Assembly (NCBI GenBank): GCA_049975265.1
Contig: JBNGDF010000004.1
Span: 101,117 to 165,116, forward strand
Direction: 5' to 3'
DNA: 64,000 bases
DNA from: Fidelibacterota bacterium
Lineage (GTDB): Bacteria > Fidelibacterota > UBA2242
In this document: piece by piece, positions 1-9,003 of the stretch
Numbering within the stretch: position 1 is the stretch's first letter
Layout: each line of letters starts with the position of its first letter
Translations under genes and position numbers: made by a program
The notes under the pieces: generated by a model
Databases searched by the model: none
What the model was told of the DNA's origin: nothing
Seen by the model: only the letters and a program-made list of their open reading frames with translations

Positions 1-8
1 CCTCATAT

Positions 9-24
9 GAAAATGTTTACTTAC
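9..24. promoter_or_regulatory. Putative TetR operator (second copy)
   Basis: GAAAATGTTTACTTAC matches the palindromic box at 672-687 at 14/16 positions; lies downstream of the TetR gene, probably upstream of a gene outside the window. Confidence 0.5.
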
Positions 25-69
25 TGTGTTTTCGTTATTATATACAAATGATTGATATTTATGGATGAG

Positions 70-654
70 TTATGGATTCACCAGGATTTTATTGACTGTC
101 TGCCAGAATTGTTCGCCGGTCTGCAGTAAATCCCCGGCATGACCGGAAAGACGCCAGCGATTGATAGTCAGCCGCATTCCGCCCATGATGAGGATTGCCA
201 GCTGCCGGGCGGGGATATCGTTACGGATTTCACCGCTATCCTGACCGGTTTGCAGAATCTGCTCAAAGGTGTTCAGGTTGTCGTTCATGATACCGAATAC
301 TGTATCGGACAGCAGCTTATGATTTTGAAATATCTCTTCGGAAAAAATAACGGCTGCGATGGCAGGATTTTCGATAAATGTGGCTATCATCCCACTAATG
401 ATTTTATGAAGATTCTCAATCGCCGGTTTGCCCTGTTTGATGGCTGGAAAATTGGCATTGACCTTGGTTTGAAAAAGGTCCAGGATGCCGTTTAAAATGT
501 CGAGTTTTGTACTGAAATGCCGGTAGATTGCGCCTTCGGTGACATTGATTTTTTTGGACAGGTTCTTTATTGTCAGGAATTGAATACCATTTTCGGCGAT
601 GATGGCGATAGCGGCTTCAATGATTTCCAGTTGGCGTGGTGAGAAATTTGGCAT
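70..654 (-). CDS. TetR/AcrR family transcriptional regulator
   Basis: N-terminal HTH (LTIKNLSKKINVTEGAIYRHF); start moved to ATG 654 (MPNFSPRQ), which follows a GGAG RBS. Confidence 0.92.
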   Translation of the reverse strand: MPNFSPRQLEIIEAAIAIIAENGIQFLTIKNLSKKINVTEGAIYRHFSTKLDILNGILDLFQTKVNANFPAIKQGKPAIENLHKIISGMIATFIENPAIAAVIFSEEIFQNHKLLSDTVFGIMNDNLNTFEQILQTGQDSGEIRNDIPARQLAILIMGGMRLTINRWRLSGHAGDLLQTGEQFWQTVNKILVNP

Positions 655-671
655 ATTCAAGAGTCTCCTAA

Positions 672-687
672 GTAAGTGTTTACTTAC
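672..687. promoter_or_regulatory. Putative TetR operator
   Basis: Inverted repeat GTAAGT-gttt-ACTTAC just upstream of the TetR RBS. Confidence 0.6.
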
Positions 688-837
688 ATTCATGTTTAAT
701 CAATTCAGAGAAGCAATGCAAGGAATTACTACAAAGGTTTAATATCGAAAGCCGGGCTCTTGTGAAAATGCATGTACAGGTTAACTCTTCGGGTTAAATG
801 CATTTTATATTCTGACGCTTTTCGGTTTAACGTCTGT

Positions 838-2040
838 CTAATTCTTCGCAAGAATATCATCAACGCATTGCTGTCCGAAGGCAAAACATTTTTCCAGCGC
901 CGGTTTATCCGGTTTCCAAAGAATCCGCAATCCGTCATTGAGCAGGGTAAACCCGGATTCCTGCATTAGACTGGAGAGCACTTTGACCGATTCGCCGCTC
1001 CAGCCGTATGACCCAAAGGCGGCGGCTTTTTTCCCTTTGAAATTCAGACCCTTGATCTCTTCCATAATACCGGCGACCGAGGTCAGGATGCCCTTGAGAA
1101 CAGTTGGTGAACCCACCAGGATCGCTTTGGATTTGAATACTTCGGTGATGATATCATTTTTATCATGCTTGGCGGTATTAAACAGTTTGACGTTGACCTC
1201 ACTATCTGCAGCGACGATTCCTTTAGCGATCTGTTCCGCCATAATGCGGGTCGCATTCCACATGGTGTCATAGAGAATGGTGATCTGGTTTTCCCGATAA
1301 TCCTCTGCCCATTGCATGTATTTCTGGATAATCTGTGCCGGATTGTCCCGCCAAATAACACCGTGACTCGTGCAGATCATATCGAGCGGTAGCTTAAGAC
1401 TCAGAAACTGCTCGATTTTCTTCGTCACAAAATGGCTGAAAGGGGTCAGAATATTGGCATAGTATTTAATACATTCGGTAAAGAGCTCCTCCTGGTCCAC
1501 CAGATCATTAAACAGATATTCGGAGGCATAATGCTGTCCGAAAGCGTCATTACTGAAGAGAATATTATCCACCGTCAGATACTCAAACATGCTATCCGGC
1601 CAGTGCAGCATCGGTGCTTCGATAAAGACCAGCTGTTTGCCGTTGCCAAGATCGAGGGTATCGCCGGTTTTAACGACTTTGAAATTCCAGTTCTGATGAA
1701 AATGTCCGGTCAGCGATTTAGCGCCGTTGGCAGTACAGATGATCGGTGTTTCGGGGATCAAACGCATCAGTTCGGGGAGTGCACCGCTGTGATCGATTTC
1801 AGCGTGGTTGGCGATGACATAATCGATTTTCGTCAAATCAACCTCCTGTTGCAGATTGGCAATGAACTCTTTGGCAAAGGGCGCCCAGACTGTGTCGATG
1901 AGGACGGTTTTCTCTTCCTCGATCAGGTAGGAGTTATAAGTTGAACCCTTGTGAGTAGAGTATTCATTGCCGTGGAATTTGTTCAGTTCCCAGTCAATCT
2001 TACCGATCCAAGCGACATTTGATTTAATTGGTTTACGCAT
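838..2040 (-). CDS. fprA: Flavodiiron protein (FprA/NorV-like O2/NO reductase)
   Basis: Metallo-beta-lactamase-like motifs NHAEIDHSG, MLHWPDSM, SNDAFGQH, SHG, plus a flavodoxin domain (YDTMWNAT, AFGSYGWSGE). Confidence 0.93.
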   Translation of the reverse strand: MRKPIKSNVAWIGKIDWELNKFHGNEYSTHKGSTYNSYLIEEEKTVLIDTVWAPFAKEFIANLQQEVDLTKIDYVIANHAEIDHSGALPELMRLIPETPIICTANGAKSLTGHFHQNWNFKVVKTGDTLDLGNGKQLVFIEAPMLHWPDSMFEYLTVDNILFSNDAFGQHYASEYLFNDLVDQEELFTECIKYYANILTPFSHFVTKKIEQFLSLKLPLDMICTSHGVIWRDNPAQIIQKYMQWAEDYRENQITILYDTMWNATRIMAEQIAKGIVAADSEVNVKLFNTAKHDKNDIITEVFKSKAILVGSPTVLKGILTSVAGIMEEIKGLNFKGKKAAAFGSYGWSGESVKVLSSLMQESGFTLLNDGLRILWKPDKPALEKCFAFGQQCVDDILAKN

Positions 2041-2073
2041 TGGAAACCTCCCTGGATTTATAATGTTTTCTTT

Positions 2074-2259
2074 TTATTCGTGAGATATAGCAGTGGTTGG
2101 ACATTGGCTCTCCGCTTCGAGAACATCTTCCTTCAAATCATCCGGGACCGTCTCAACGGTGACAATAGCGATATCACCATTCATTTCGAAAACACCCGGG
2201 CAGATTCCCTCGCATACGCCACAACCGATACAGAGATCTTTGTCAATGATTGCTTTCAT
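2074..2259 (-). CDS. Ferredoxin (single cluster)
   Basis: CIGCGVC...CP motifs, 61 aa, GGAGG RBS. Confidence 0.92.
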   Translation of the reverse strand: MKAIIDKDLCIGCGVCEGICPGVFEMNGDIAIVTVETVPDDLKEDVLEAESQCPTTAISHE

Positions 2260-2268
2260 TTCTTCCTC

Positions 2269-2580
2269 CTATTTAATCATGGTTAGTAGCATTTTCACCG
2301 GACTGAGGGCGGTCAATGCATGTGGATCGTTGGCTGGCATGATGATGAACTCGCCGGATTTAACTATATAGGGTTTTCCGGAGATGCTGATTTCCATTTC
2401 ACCATCCAGAATTTGTACCAGTGCATCGAAAGGTGCCGAATGCTCGCTGAGTCCTTGACCATTGTCGAAGGCAAACAGGGTCACGGTACCGGTCTCTTTT
2501 CGGATTATTTCCCGGCTAATGACGGCATTTTTCTGGATCGGGAGTTCGTTTTTCAGCTGTCTGTGATGTATCTCTTTCAT
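2269..2580 (-). CDS. Cupin domain protein
   Basis: LFAFDNGQGLSEHSAPFDA...MPANDPHAL cupin motifs. Confidence 0.9.
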   Translation of the reverse strand: MKEIHHRQLKNELPIQKNAVISREIIRKETGTVTLFAFDNGQGLSEHSAPFDALVQILDGEMEISISGKPYIVKSGEFIIMPANDPHALTALSPVKMLLTMIK

Positions 2581-2646
2581 AGAATTCCCCTTTTTTTTGA
2601 TATTGTCTTTTACAGATGAATATGAACTGATTTTTAGATATAACCT

Positions 2647-3222
2647 TTACAATAGTTTCTTGACCGCTTGCCACAGCTCCATTCCATTGTCATAGATATC
2701 AAAAGAAAAGTTACTGAAACACCAGCGGTCCACCAGCAGTCGCATGGAGCCGATGACGATGTGAAAGAGATGCTCGCAGCCGATATCGGTGCGGATGTGA
2801 CCATCTATCTGACCACTCTCAATAATGGCAAGTAAAATATCACGATGCTGATGCATGATATGCATGATCTTCCGGGAGAGCTGCGGATCGTACTGAAACG
2901 CCTCTTCGGAGAACATTACCTTGGTTAGTTCCGGATGATCGGCAAAAAAGTGATAACGGTTTTGAAAGAAAATATCCATGCGGGCAATCGGATCCTCGGC
3001 GGAATTTTCGATGGTTTCACAGACCTCCAGGGAATAATGGTCGAAATAGTCCATAATCGCGTAAATGATATCTGCTTTGCTGGCGAAATGCCGGTAGATA
3101 GCCGGTTCGGACACTCCGATTTCCCGGGCGATATTCTTGATTGTCATGGTTTGAATCCCGTGGTGGGCAATCAGTTTGATGGAGGTATTGATGATCTGTT
3201 GTTGTCGCTCGGTTAGTTCCAT
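2647..3222 (-). CDS. TetR/AcrR family transcriptional regulator
   Basis: HTH TIKNIAREIGVSEPAIYRHF; paralog of 70-654. Confidence 0.93.
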   Translation of the reverse strand: MELTERQQQIINTSIKLIAHHGIQTMTIKNIAREIGVSEPAIYRHFASKADIIYAIMDYFDHYSLEVCETIENSAEDPIARMDIFFQNRYHFFADHPELTKVMFSEEAFQYDPQLSRKIMHIMHQHRDILLAIIESGQIDGHIRTDIGCEHLFHIVIGSMRLLVDRWCFSNFSFDIYDNGMELWQAVKKLL

Positions 3223-3231
3223 TTAACCTTT

Positions 3232-3251
3232 GTTAGTTAATATTCACTAAC
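3232..3251. promoter_or_regulatory. Putative TetR operator
   Basis: GTTAGTTAATATTCACTAAC, a 20-bp palindrome with one mismatched pair, between the promoter and the start codon. Confidence 0.7.
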
Positions 3252-3254
3252 TCA

Positions 3255-3283
3255 AATATACGCAAAAAAATCGCGGATTGCAA
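3255..3283 (-). promoter_or_regulatory. Sigma70-type promoter
   Basis: TTGCAA-17 bp-TATATT on the minus strand. Confidence 0.65.
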
Positions 3284-3366
3284 GCGGTTTTTATAGAAAA
3301 CGTGTAACTCCTCTTAAAAGAAACACCTCGTAGTATATCCACGAATCGTGATATGAAACAATGACG

Positions 3367-4077
3367 TCATTCGATAAGTTGTGAGGCGGGGAAGGGTTTT
3401 CCGTGTGACGGATATATCTCCGTGGCATTCTTTTGAATTAAAAGGCGCCAGCCTAAATATACGGCTTTCAAATCCTAAACATAAATCGGACGGTGCCCGA
3501 TCATGCAAAACTTCATAAAATTCATCGCAAGATTCCCAACGAAGGCTTTGCCGTCGGATAACAGAAGGGAGATGGAATCATCGGTGTGTCCCGGTGTGGA
3601 CAGGATGATACCGTCTATGCCGATTGATTTCAGAAATTCGTTATCATCTTCTTGAATGAGTACATCATTTTTACGTAGCGAAAAGGCAGGAAAGGCGAAA
3701 TTCTTATGGAATAATGTGAAAATTTTGAATATGAAGCTCACCGCTCTGTTCACCGGTTGACCCGTCTCCTCCGGACAGCCCTGTTGTAAGTACGGAATGG
3801 CGTTTTTATGAACGATGCAGGTTGCGCCCGATTCTGCCAGGAGTTCTTTGGCGAAGCCGGAGTGATCGTCGTGATGATGGGTCAGGAAAAGGTGCTTGAT
3901 ATCGGTTGGTGATACCCCGATTTCCGCCAATTTTTTCCTGAAATGACTAAACTGATTGGGATAGCCGGTATCCACCAAAAGATAACCATGGTTACATTTG
4001 ATGAGATAGCTGTTTGTAAAAGCGGTTTTGATTTTCCAAATGTTCGGCGAGATCAGCTGTGGGTTTTTTACGCACAT
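3367..4077 (-). pseudogene. MBL-fold metallo-hydrolase interrupted by an in-frame TAG
   Basis: THHHDDH and TPGHTDDS motifs; TAG at 3477-3475 is followed in frame by DLKAVYLGWRLLIQKNATEIYPSHGKPF..., which carries the terminal PxHG motif, then TGA at 3369-3367. Confidence 0.8.
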
Positions 4078-4103
4078 ACTGTTTGTTATTCAGAGGAATT
4101 ACG

Positions 4104-4229
4104 AAAAAAGGTGTGTGGTGCTCCAAGTAGGTCGGCGCTCCAGCAAGCTGGATTGTTGCACAACGGCAGTCCTGACGCCTCGGGACGATCACCTTTACCC
4201 GATTCTTGGACCCGGAGTCACCACACACC
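4104..4229 (-). ncRNA. Candidate structured non-coding RNA (unassigned)
   Basis: 19-bp closing stem (GGUGUGUGGUG-A-CUCCGGGU / ACUUGGAG-CACCACACACC), internal hairpins and a U6 tail. Confidence 0.55.
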
Positions 4230-4329
4230 AATAGTCTGCATAACAAGGAAACAATCATTCGGTCTTAAAAAACCAATCCTGTTTAAATATAGACACTGTC
4301 ACTATTTGCCGCAACCTCTTTTTCCCGGA

Positions 4330-6030
4330 TTAATACGCCGCCAAGTGAACCTCTACCGCCCTTCCGGAAGGATCGGCTTTCGTTTTCCAGGCTTGTTCCC
4401 ATTCCAGCGCAACGGCGGTGCTGCAGGCGATGCTGGGTTCCGCCACCACAGTCTGAATTGCTGCCGGTTCCGGGAAATGTTCCTCAAAGAGCATGCGATA
4501 GAGATAGGCTTCCTTGCTTTCCGGAGGATTGACGGGGAAGCGATATCGGCGGTTTTTAAACATCTCATCGCTCACTTTCCGCTGAGCGTAGGCTTTGAGA
4601 CCGTCGATCCAACCGTAACCGACACCGTCGGAAAACTGCTCCTTCTGGCGCCAGAGAATGCTTTTTAGGAGGTAAGGTCTGGTTTCATCATCAAATGCCG
4701 CGCGCATCAGATATTTTTCCATGCGACCATTGGCTTTATCAATCATTTTATATTTAGGATCGAGGTTCATTGCTACTTCAAGAAAAGCTTTATCCAGAAA
4801 AGGAACCCGGGCTTCAATGCCCCAGGCAGCCATGGATTTATTTGCCCTGAGACAGTCATAATGGTGCAGTTTTTCGACTTTCCGGACGGTCTCCCGATAA
4901 AATTCAGCGAGATTCGGTGCTTTGTGAAAATACAGATATCCGCCGAAAACCTCATCGGCACCCTCACCGGTAAAGACCATCTTGATCCCCATGGCTTTGA
5001 TCTTGCGCGCCATCAGATAAATCGGCATGGATGCCCGCACCGTGGTGACATCAAAGGTCTCGATGTGGTAAATTACATCGGCAAGGGCATCCAGCCCTTC
5101 CTGAAGGGTGTAGGTGAATTCGTGATGGACGGTTCCCAGAAATTCTGCTACCCGGCGGGCGTTTGCGAAATCCGGGGCTTCTTTCAACCCGATGCAGAAG
5201 GAGTGAATCCGGGGCCACCAGGCGCGACTCTTTTCGTGGTCCTCAATGCGCATTTCGGCATGCCGGCAGACGATTGCCGAAACCAGGGAAGAGTCGAGTC
5301 CGCCGGAAAGCAATACACCAAAGGGAACATCACACATCATCCGTTTGACGACGGCTTCTTCGAAAGTCTTTTTAAGTTTGGAGACATCCAGTTCGTCGGT
5401 TGGAACATTTTCAACATGCCGCCATCTGGGATCATAGTAACGTTTCAATTCACCATTGAAACACACATGCCCGGGCGGAAACGGCTCAAAGCGGTAGCAG
5501 ATGCCTTTCAACGCCTCCATCTCCGAAGCGAACCAGGTACTGCCGTCGGCTCCCCAGCCCCAGTAGAGCGGCACCACGCCGATGGGATCGCGGGCTGCCA
5601 GGAAATCACCGGTATTTTCATCCGAGATGACAAAGGCAAAGACGCCATCCAGATCGGCAGCCAGATCGGCACCCTTTTCTTCATAGAGATGCACAATAAT
5701 CTCACAGTCGGAACGGGTGGCAAAGTGATGCGGCTTTTTCAGCCCGGCGCGCAGCGACTCATGGTTGTAGATTTCGCCGTTGACTGCCAGAGCCAGATGT
5801 TTGTTTTCGTTTAAAAGCGGCTGAGCGCCCCCTTCGGGATCAACAATCGCCAGACGTTCGTGTGCCAGTATGTTGGTTTTGAATTGCTGATTGTTTGTTT
5901 CGATTTGCTGGAAATGGACACCACTCCAGTCGGGTCCGCGATGACGCAGTAATTTCGCCTGGGCGATGACCCGGGGACGCAACGCCTCCGGTTTTTCCGT
6001 GCTGTTCAAAACGACCACAATGCCACACAT
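4330..6030 (-). CDS. asnB: Asparagine synthetase B (glutamine-hydrolysing)
   Basis: N-terminal MCGI, HRGPDWSG, NGEIYNH, LLSGGLDSS, WRQKEQFSDGVG. Confidence 0.96.
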   Translation of the reverse strand: MCGIVVVLNSTEKPEALRPRVIAQAKLLRHRGPDWSGVHFQQIETNNQQFKTNILAHERLAIVDPEGGAQPLLNENKHLALAVNGEIYNHESLRAGLKKPHHFATRSDCEIIVHLYEEKGADLAADLDGVFAFVISDENTGDFLAARDPIGVVPLYWGWGADGSTWFASEMEALKGICYRFEPFPPGHVCFNGELKRYYDPRWRHVENVPTDELDVSKLKKTFEEAVVKRMMCDVPFGVLLSGGLDSSLVSAIVCRHAEMRIEDHEKSRAWWPRIHSFCIGLKEAPDFANARRVAEFLGTVHHEFTYTLQEGLDALADVIYHIETFDVTTVRASMPIYLMARKIKAMGIKMVFTGEGADEVFGGYLYFHKAPNLAEFYRETVRKVEKLHHYDCLRANKSMAAWGIEARVPFLDKAFLEVAMNLDPKYKMIDKANGRMEKYLMRAAFDDETRPYLLKSILWRQKEQFSDGVGYGWIDGLKAYAQRKVSDEMFKNRRYRFPVNPPESKEAYLYRMLFEEHFPEPAAIQTVVAEPSIACSTAVALEWEQAWKTKADPSGRAVEVHLAAY

Positions 6031-6178
6031 AGGTCACTCCCTCTTTAAATTGTGTTGATTTCCGATAAGAACCGGAATGTAACAACAGACCAGTCCCACC
6101 GCTACTCTGTTCGGTAAACTGATTACTGAAACGATTTAACCCACACGTGAGTAAAGAAGCAACCTCACGAATGTTCTT

Positions 6179-6207
6179 ATTTTAGCAAAAATCGGGAGAA
6201 AAACAAC
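6179..6207 (-). promoter_or_regulatory. Sigma70-type promoter for asnB
   Basis: TTGTTT-17 bp-TAAAAT with an extended -10 TGn. Confidence 0.55.
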
Positions 6208-6214
6208 GGTGAAA

Positions 6215-6775
6215 TTATCTTTTTACGTAGAGGTCCTGAATAAGCTGTATTTCAGCCAGTGTATCACTTTTAATAGAGAACCGCCGCCGGATTTCTATCT
6301 TCGGTAAAGTCGCCATGGAATCACCGGGTTCCCGGTCAAGATAAACCAAATCTATCTGCTGGTCTTCGATATTCAGCGACACAATGGAAATACGTTCACC
6401 GACGAAAAATGCGTTCAATGCTAGCGGATGTTGATTGTCCTGCCGCAATACCGGAACGAGATAGTAATATTTCCCGTTGCCGCCGCTATTGGTGATTAAA
6501 ATAACGGCAGCGTCGGCTTGGCGATCGCCGTTTAAGTCGCCTAAAACCAGCCAGTCGCTCAGAGCGACAACCATTTCCGAGGTGGCGTCCGGCGCTTTTT
6601 TCTGCATGTACTTGCCTTTTGCGAGCTGGATTACCTGATTGTCAATCCGATATTCCAGCCCGGAGAGATGACGCAGAAAGGCGCGGTTGGAGAGATGCCG
6701 GCTGGAGAGACCACAGGACTGGCAGATGAGACTAACCAGGAAAATCGGTAAAAGATATTTACAGATCACCTTCAT
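6215..6775 (-). CDS. Hypothetical exported protein/lipoprotein
   Basis: Signal peptide with a possible lipobox (QSCG); GDLNGD...AAVIL...GGNG motif. Confidence 0.7.
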   Translation of the reverse strand: MKVICKYLLPIFLVSLICQSCGLSSRHLSNRAFLRHLSGLEYRIDNQVIQLAKGKYMQKKAPDATSEMVVALSDWLVLGDLNGDRQADAAVILITNSGGNGKYYYLVPVLRQDNQHPLALNAFFVGERISIVSLNIEDQQIDLVYLDREPGDSMATLPKIEIRRRFSIKSDTLAEIQLIQDLYVKR

Positions 6776-6831
6776 ATCCGTAATATACCGACAGAAGGTT
6801 CTTATAGGACTTGTTTTTTATCACATTAGGC

Positions 6832-7896
6832 TTAGCGGAACCCGGTTCTTTTGTTTTTCATCACATTTTTAACCATTTTCCCGAAGTTTTTGTCCCGCTG
6901 TCGCTTTTCGCGGTAGGACATCTCGTAAAAGGCAGCCTCTTTTTTCATTTTCAAAAAGTTCTGATAGCGTTCGTGGGAAATCGTTCCCTCGTTCAGGGCG
7001 CTCAGGACGGCGCAACCCTTTTCGTGTTCGTGTGAGCAGTCGCTGAAACGGCATTGGTGGGTGAGTTCCTCAATTTCACTGAACGTCGTACTCATTCCGC
7101 TTTCGATATCGAAATTGCCCAGTTCACGCATGCCCGGTGTATCAATCAGCATGGCTCCATTTTCCAGAAACAGCAGCTGTCGAAGAGATGTGGTGTGACG
7201 ACCGCGACTATCGCTTTCACGTACCCGCTGAGTTCGGATAACTGCGGCGCCGAGCAGTGAATTCAGCAGGCTGCTTTTACCTACACCCGACGAACCCAAC
7301 AGACAATAGGTCATCCCTGCCAGAAGCAGATTGTTGATATCGCTCAGCCCCTGTCCGGACAGATTACTGAAAGGAATGACGGTATTGATACCGGTGCGTT
7401 GCCGGATTTCCTCCACCTTCTGCTTGATTTCAGCGGCTGTGACCAAATCGCTTTTACTTAATAAAACCACCGGAGTGATGCCGGCTGTATGCACCATGAC
7501 CAGGTAGCGTTCCAGGCGGGCAAGGTTAAAATCCCGGTCTAACGACTGCATAATCAGAGCAGTGTCAAGATTGGCGGCGAGGACTTGAAATCCGATCTCT
7601 TTGCCAGGCATCTTGCGTTTTAGGATGGATTTGCGGGGTAATATCCGGTGAATAACGGCAAAGGTGTTGTCGTCGAAAAAATCAACCAAAACCCAGTCAC
7701 CGACAGTTGGCAGGTCCAGAGCCGACTCGGCGTTGTACCGCAATTTACCGCTCGGCTCCGCTGCCGCTTCGGTTGTTTCATTTTTAATGATAAAGCGCTC
7801 GCGCATCACCGAGACAAACTGCGCAGTGCGGAGCGAATCCGTTGCCGGGCTGTTTTGCTGAAACCAATCGGAGAACCCCAATTCTGTTAAGGACAT
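6832..7896 (-). CDS. rsgA: Ribosome small subunit-dependent GTPase A
   Basis: VGDWV, SKSDL, GSSGVGKSS, GRHTT, DTPGMRE, CRFSDCSHEHEKGC zinc motif. Confidence 0.96.
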   Translation of the reverse strand: MSLTELGFSDWFQQNSPATDSLRTAQFVSVMRERFIIKNETTEAAAEPSGKLRYNAESALDLPTVGDWVLVDFFDDNTFAVIHRILPRKSILKRKMPGKEIGFQVLAANLDTALIMQSLDRDFNLARLERYLVMVHTAGITPVVLLSKSDLVTAAEIKQKVEEIRQRTGINTVIPFSNLSGQGLSDINNLLLAGMTYCLLGSSGVGKSSLLNSLLGAAVIRTQRVRESDSRGRHTTSLRQLLFLENGAMLIDTPGMRELGNFDIESGMSTTFSEIEELTHQCRFSDCSHEHEKGCAVLSALNEGTISHERYQNFLKMKKEAAFYEMSYREKRQRDKNFGKMVKNVMKNKRTGFR

Positions 7897-7910
7897 AATA
7901 GTGTCCGTTT

Positions 7911-8894
7911 CTATACCTTTAACATTGTAAAAATATCCAGGATAACATCCTTAAAGCCGACGTTTACCTTCTGATAATAGCATCCATAAAAACAGCCCCG
8001 GCAGCGGTTCACAATGGCGGCTTTCTGCCGTCGCCAGTCCGGATTATCAAGGCTGTCAATATCCAGGACCCGTATTGAACTTACGAATTCCTGACAGGGC
8101 ATCAGACGTCCGTCATTGTTGACTACCAGAAAGGCATCGCGGTCGCTCGGGCATTTCCAGCTCATGTTTTGATAATATTGCCAGTCGGCATTCAGGAAGT
8201 GCCAGCCGGGTGCAATCAGACCGGTTTTCAGCTTATGGTTTAACATCATTTTTCGGACATCATCGAGCCGCTGAAAATCCACCACTTTCAGGGTCGGTTC
8301 CGATGGCGAAAAGAGCCCGCCCACATGCTGAAACAGACCGACGTCAAAAATAATGCCCCTCTCAGTGACGGTTTTCATGATACGGGCGATTTCAGGGAGA
8401 TTATCCCTGGAAATGACTGTAATGGTGGAGGGAATGATTCCCTTTGTTTTAGCATAAACCAGAAGATCTAATATAGCGGCGTTGGATTTGACCTTTTTAC
8501 CTGATAATGAATCCAGTGAGGCGGTCAGAAACAGCAGACCCGCATCTGCCAGCCGGTCAATATTTTCCCTGGTCATGGTCTTAAAATTGGAGATTAACCA
8601 GGGAATCGCCCGGTTGGTTTGTGAAATATGGTTAATAATTTCATAAATATCGCTGCGGACCATCGGTTCCCCGCCGGTGATTGAAAACAGCTGCACACCC
8701 CAATTCCGAAGCCGGTCAATTATGGAGAACCAGGCACCGGCATCAAGGTCCTGCCAGTCGGGCTTTGTCGCCCTGCAGTAGGGGCAGTTTAGATTGCACT
8801 TGCGGGTAATGAATAGTGAAGCGGAGAGAGGACCCCGGATTGTGGAAATCATCCGCTGTGCGATTTTCAGCTTAGTTACGAACTTTACCTTCAT
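7911..8894 (-). CDS. Radical SAM protein with a C-terminal Cys-rich (SPASM/twitch-like) region
   Basis: CNLNCPYC, TGGEP, C-terminal PC...CRGCFYGC. Confidence 0.88.
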   Translation of the reverse strand: MKVKFVTKLKIAQRMISTIRGPLSASLFITRKCNLNCPYCRATKPDWQDLDAGAWFSIIDRLRNWGVQLFSITGGEPMVRSDIYEIINHISQTNRAIPWLISNFKTMTRENIDRLADAGLLFLTASLDSLSGKKVKSNAAILDLLVYAKTKGIIPSTITVISRDNLPEIARIMKTVTERGIIFDVGLFQHVGGLFSPSEPTLKVVDFQRLDDVRKMMLNHKLKTGLIAPGWHFLNADWQYYQNMSWKCPSDRDAFLVVNNDGRLMPCQEFVSSIRVLDIDSLDNPDWRRQKAAIVNRCRGCFYGCYYQKVNVGFKDVILDIFTMLKV

Positions 8895-8952
8895 GAAAAA
8901 TCACTAAAAACGGGTGGTGTAATTGTAGCGGTTTTATTTTTAATTTAAAAGT

Positions 8953-8980
8953 AAAAAGGTCTCCGCTTACAACGAAGACC
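8953..8980 (-). terminator. Intrinsic terminator
   Basis: GGUCUUCG-7 nt-CGGAGACC followed by UUUUU, downstream of the 9004 gene. Confidence 0.7.
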
Positions 8981-9003
8981 TCTCATTCAATGTTTGTCTT
9001 GAA

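Noticed and set aside
3..10. Another TCATATGA 8-mer, identical to the element's terminal palindrome
   Set aside because: No adjacent CCAYAGGAG; about one chance occurrence of an 8-mer is expected in 64 kb
3943..4668. 241-aa plus-strand ORF and the 88-aa ORF 3992-4258
   Set aside because: They overlap asnB, the MBL gene and the structured element, and show no recognisable motifs
6084..6111. SAM-I riboswitch call
   Set aside because: Only a P2-like fragment matches; the P1 AUC/GAU, P3 GCAAC and GGUGC elements are absent, and the gene context is not methionine-related
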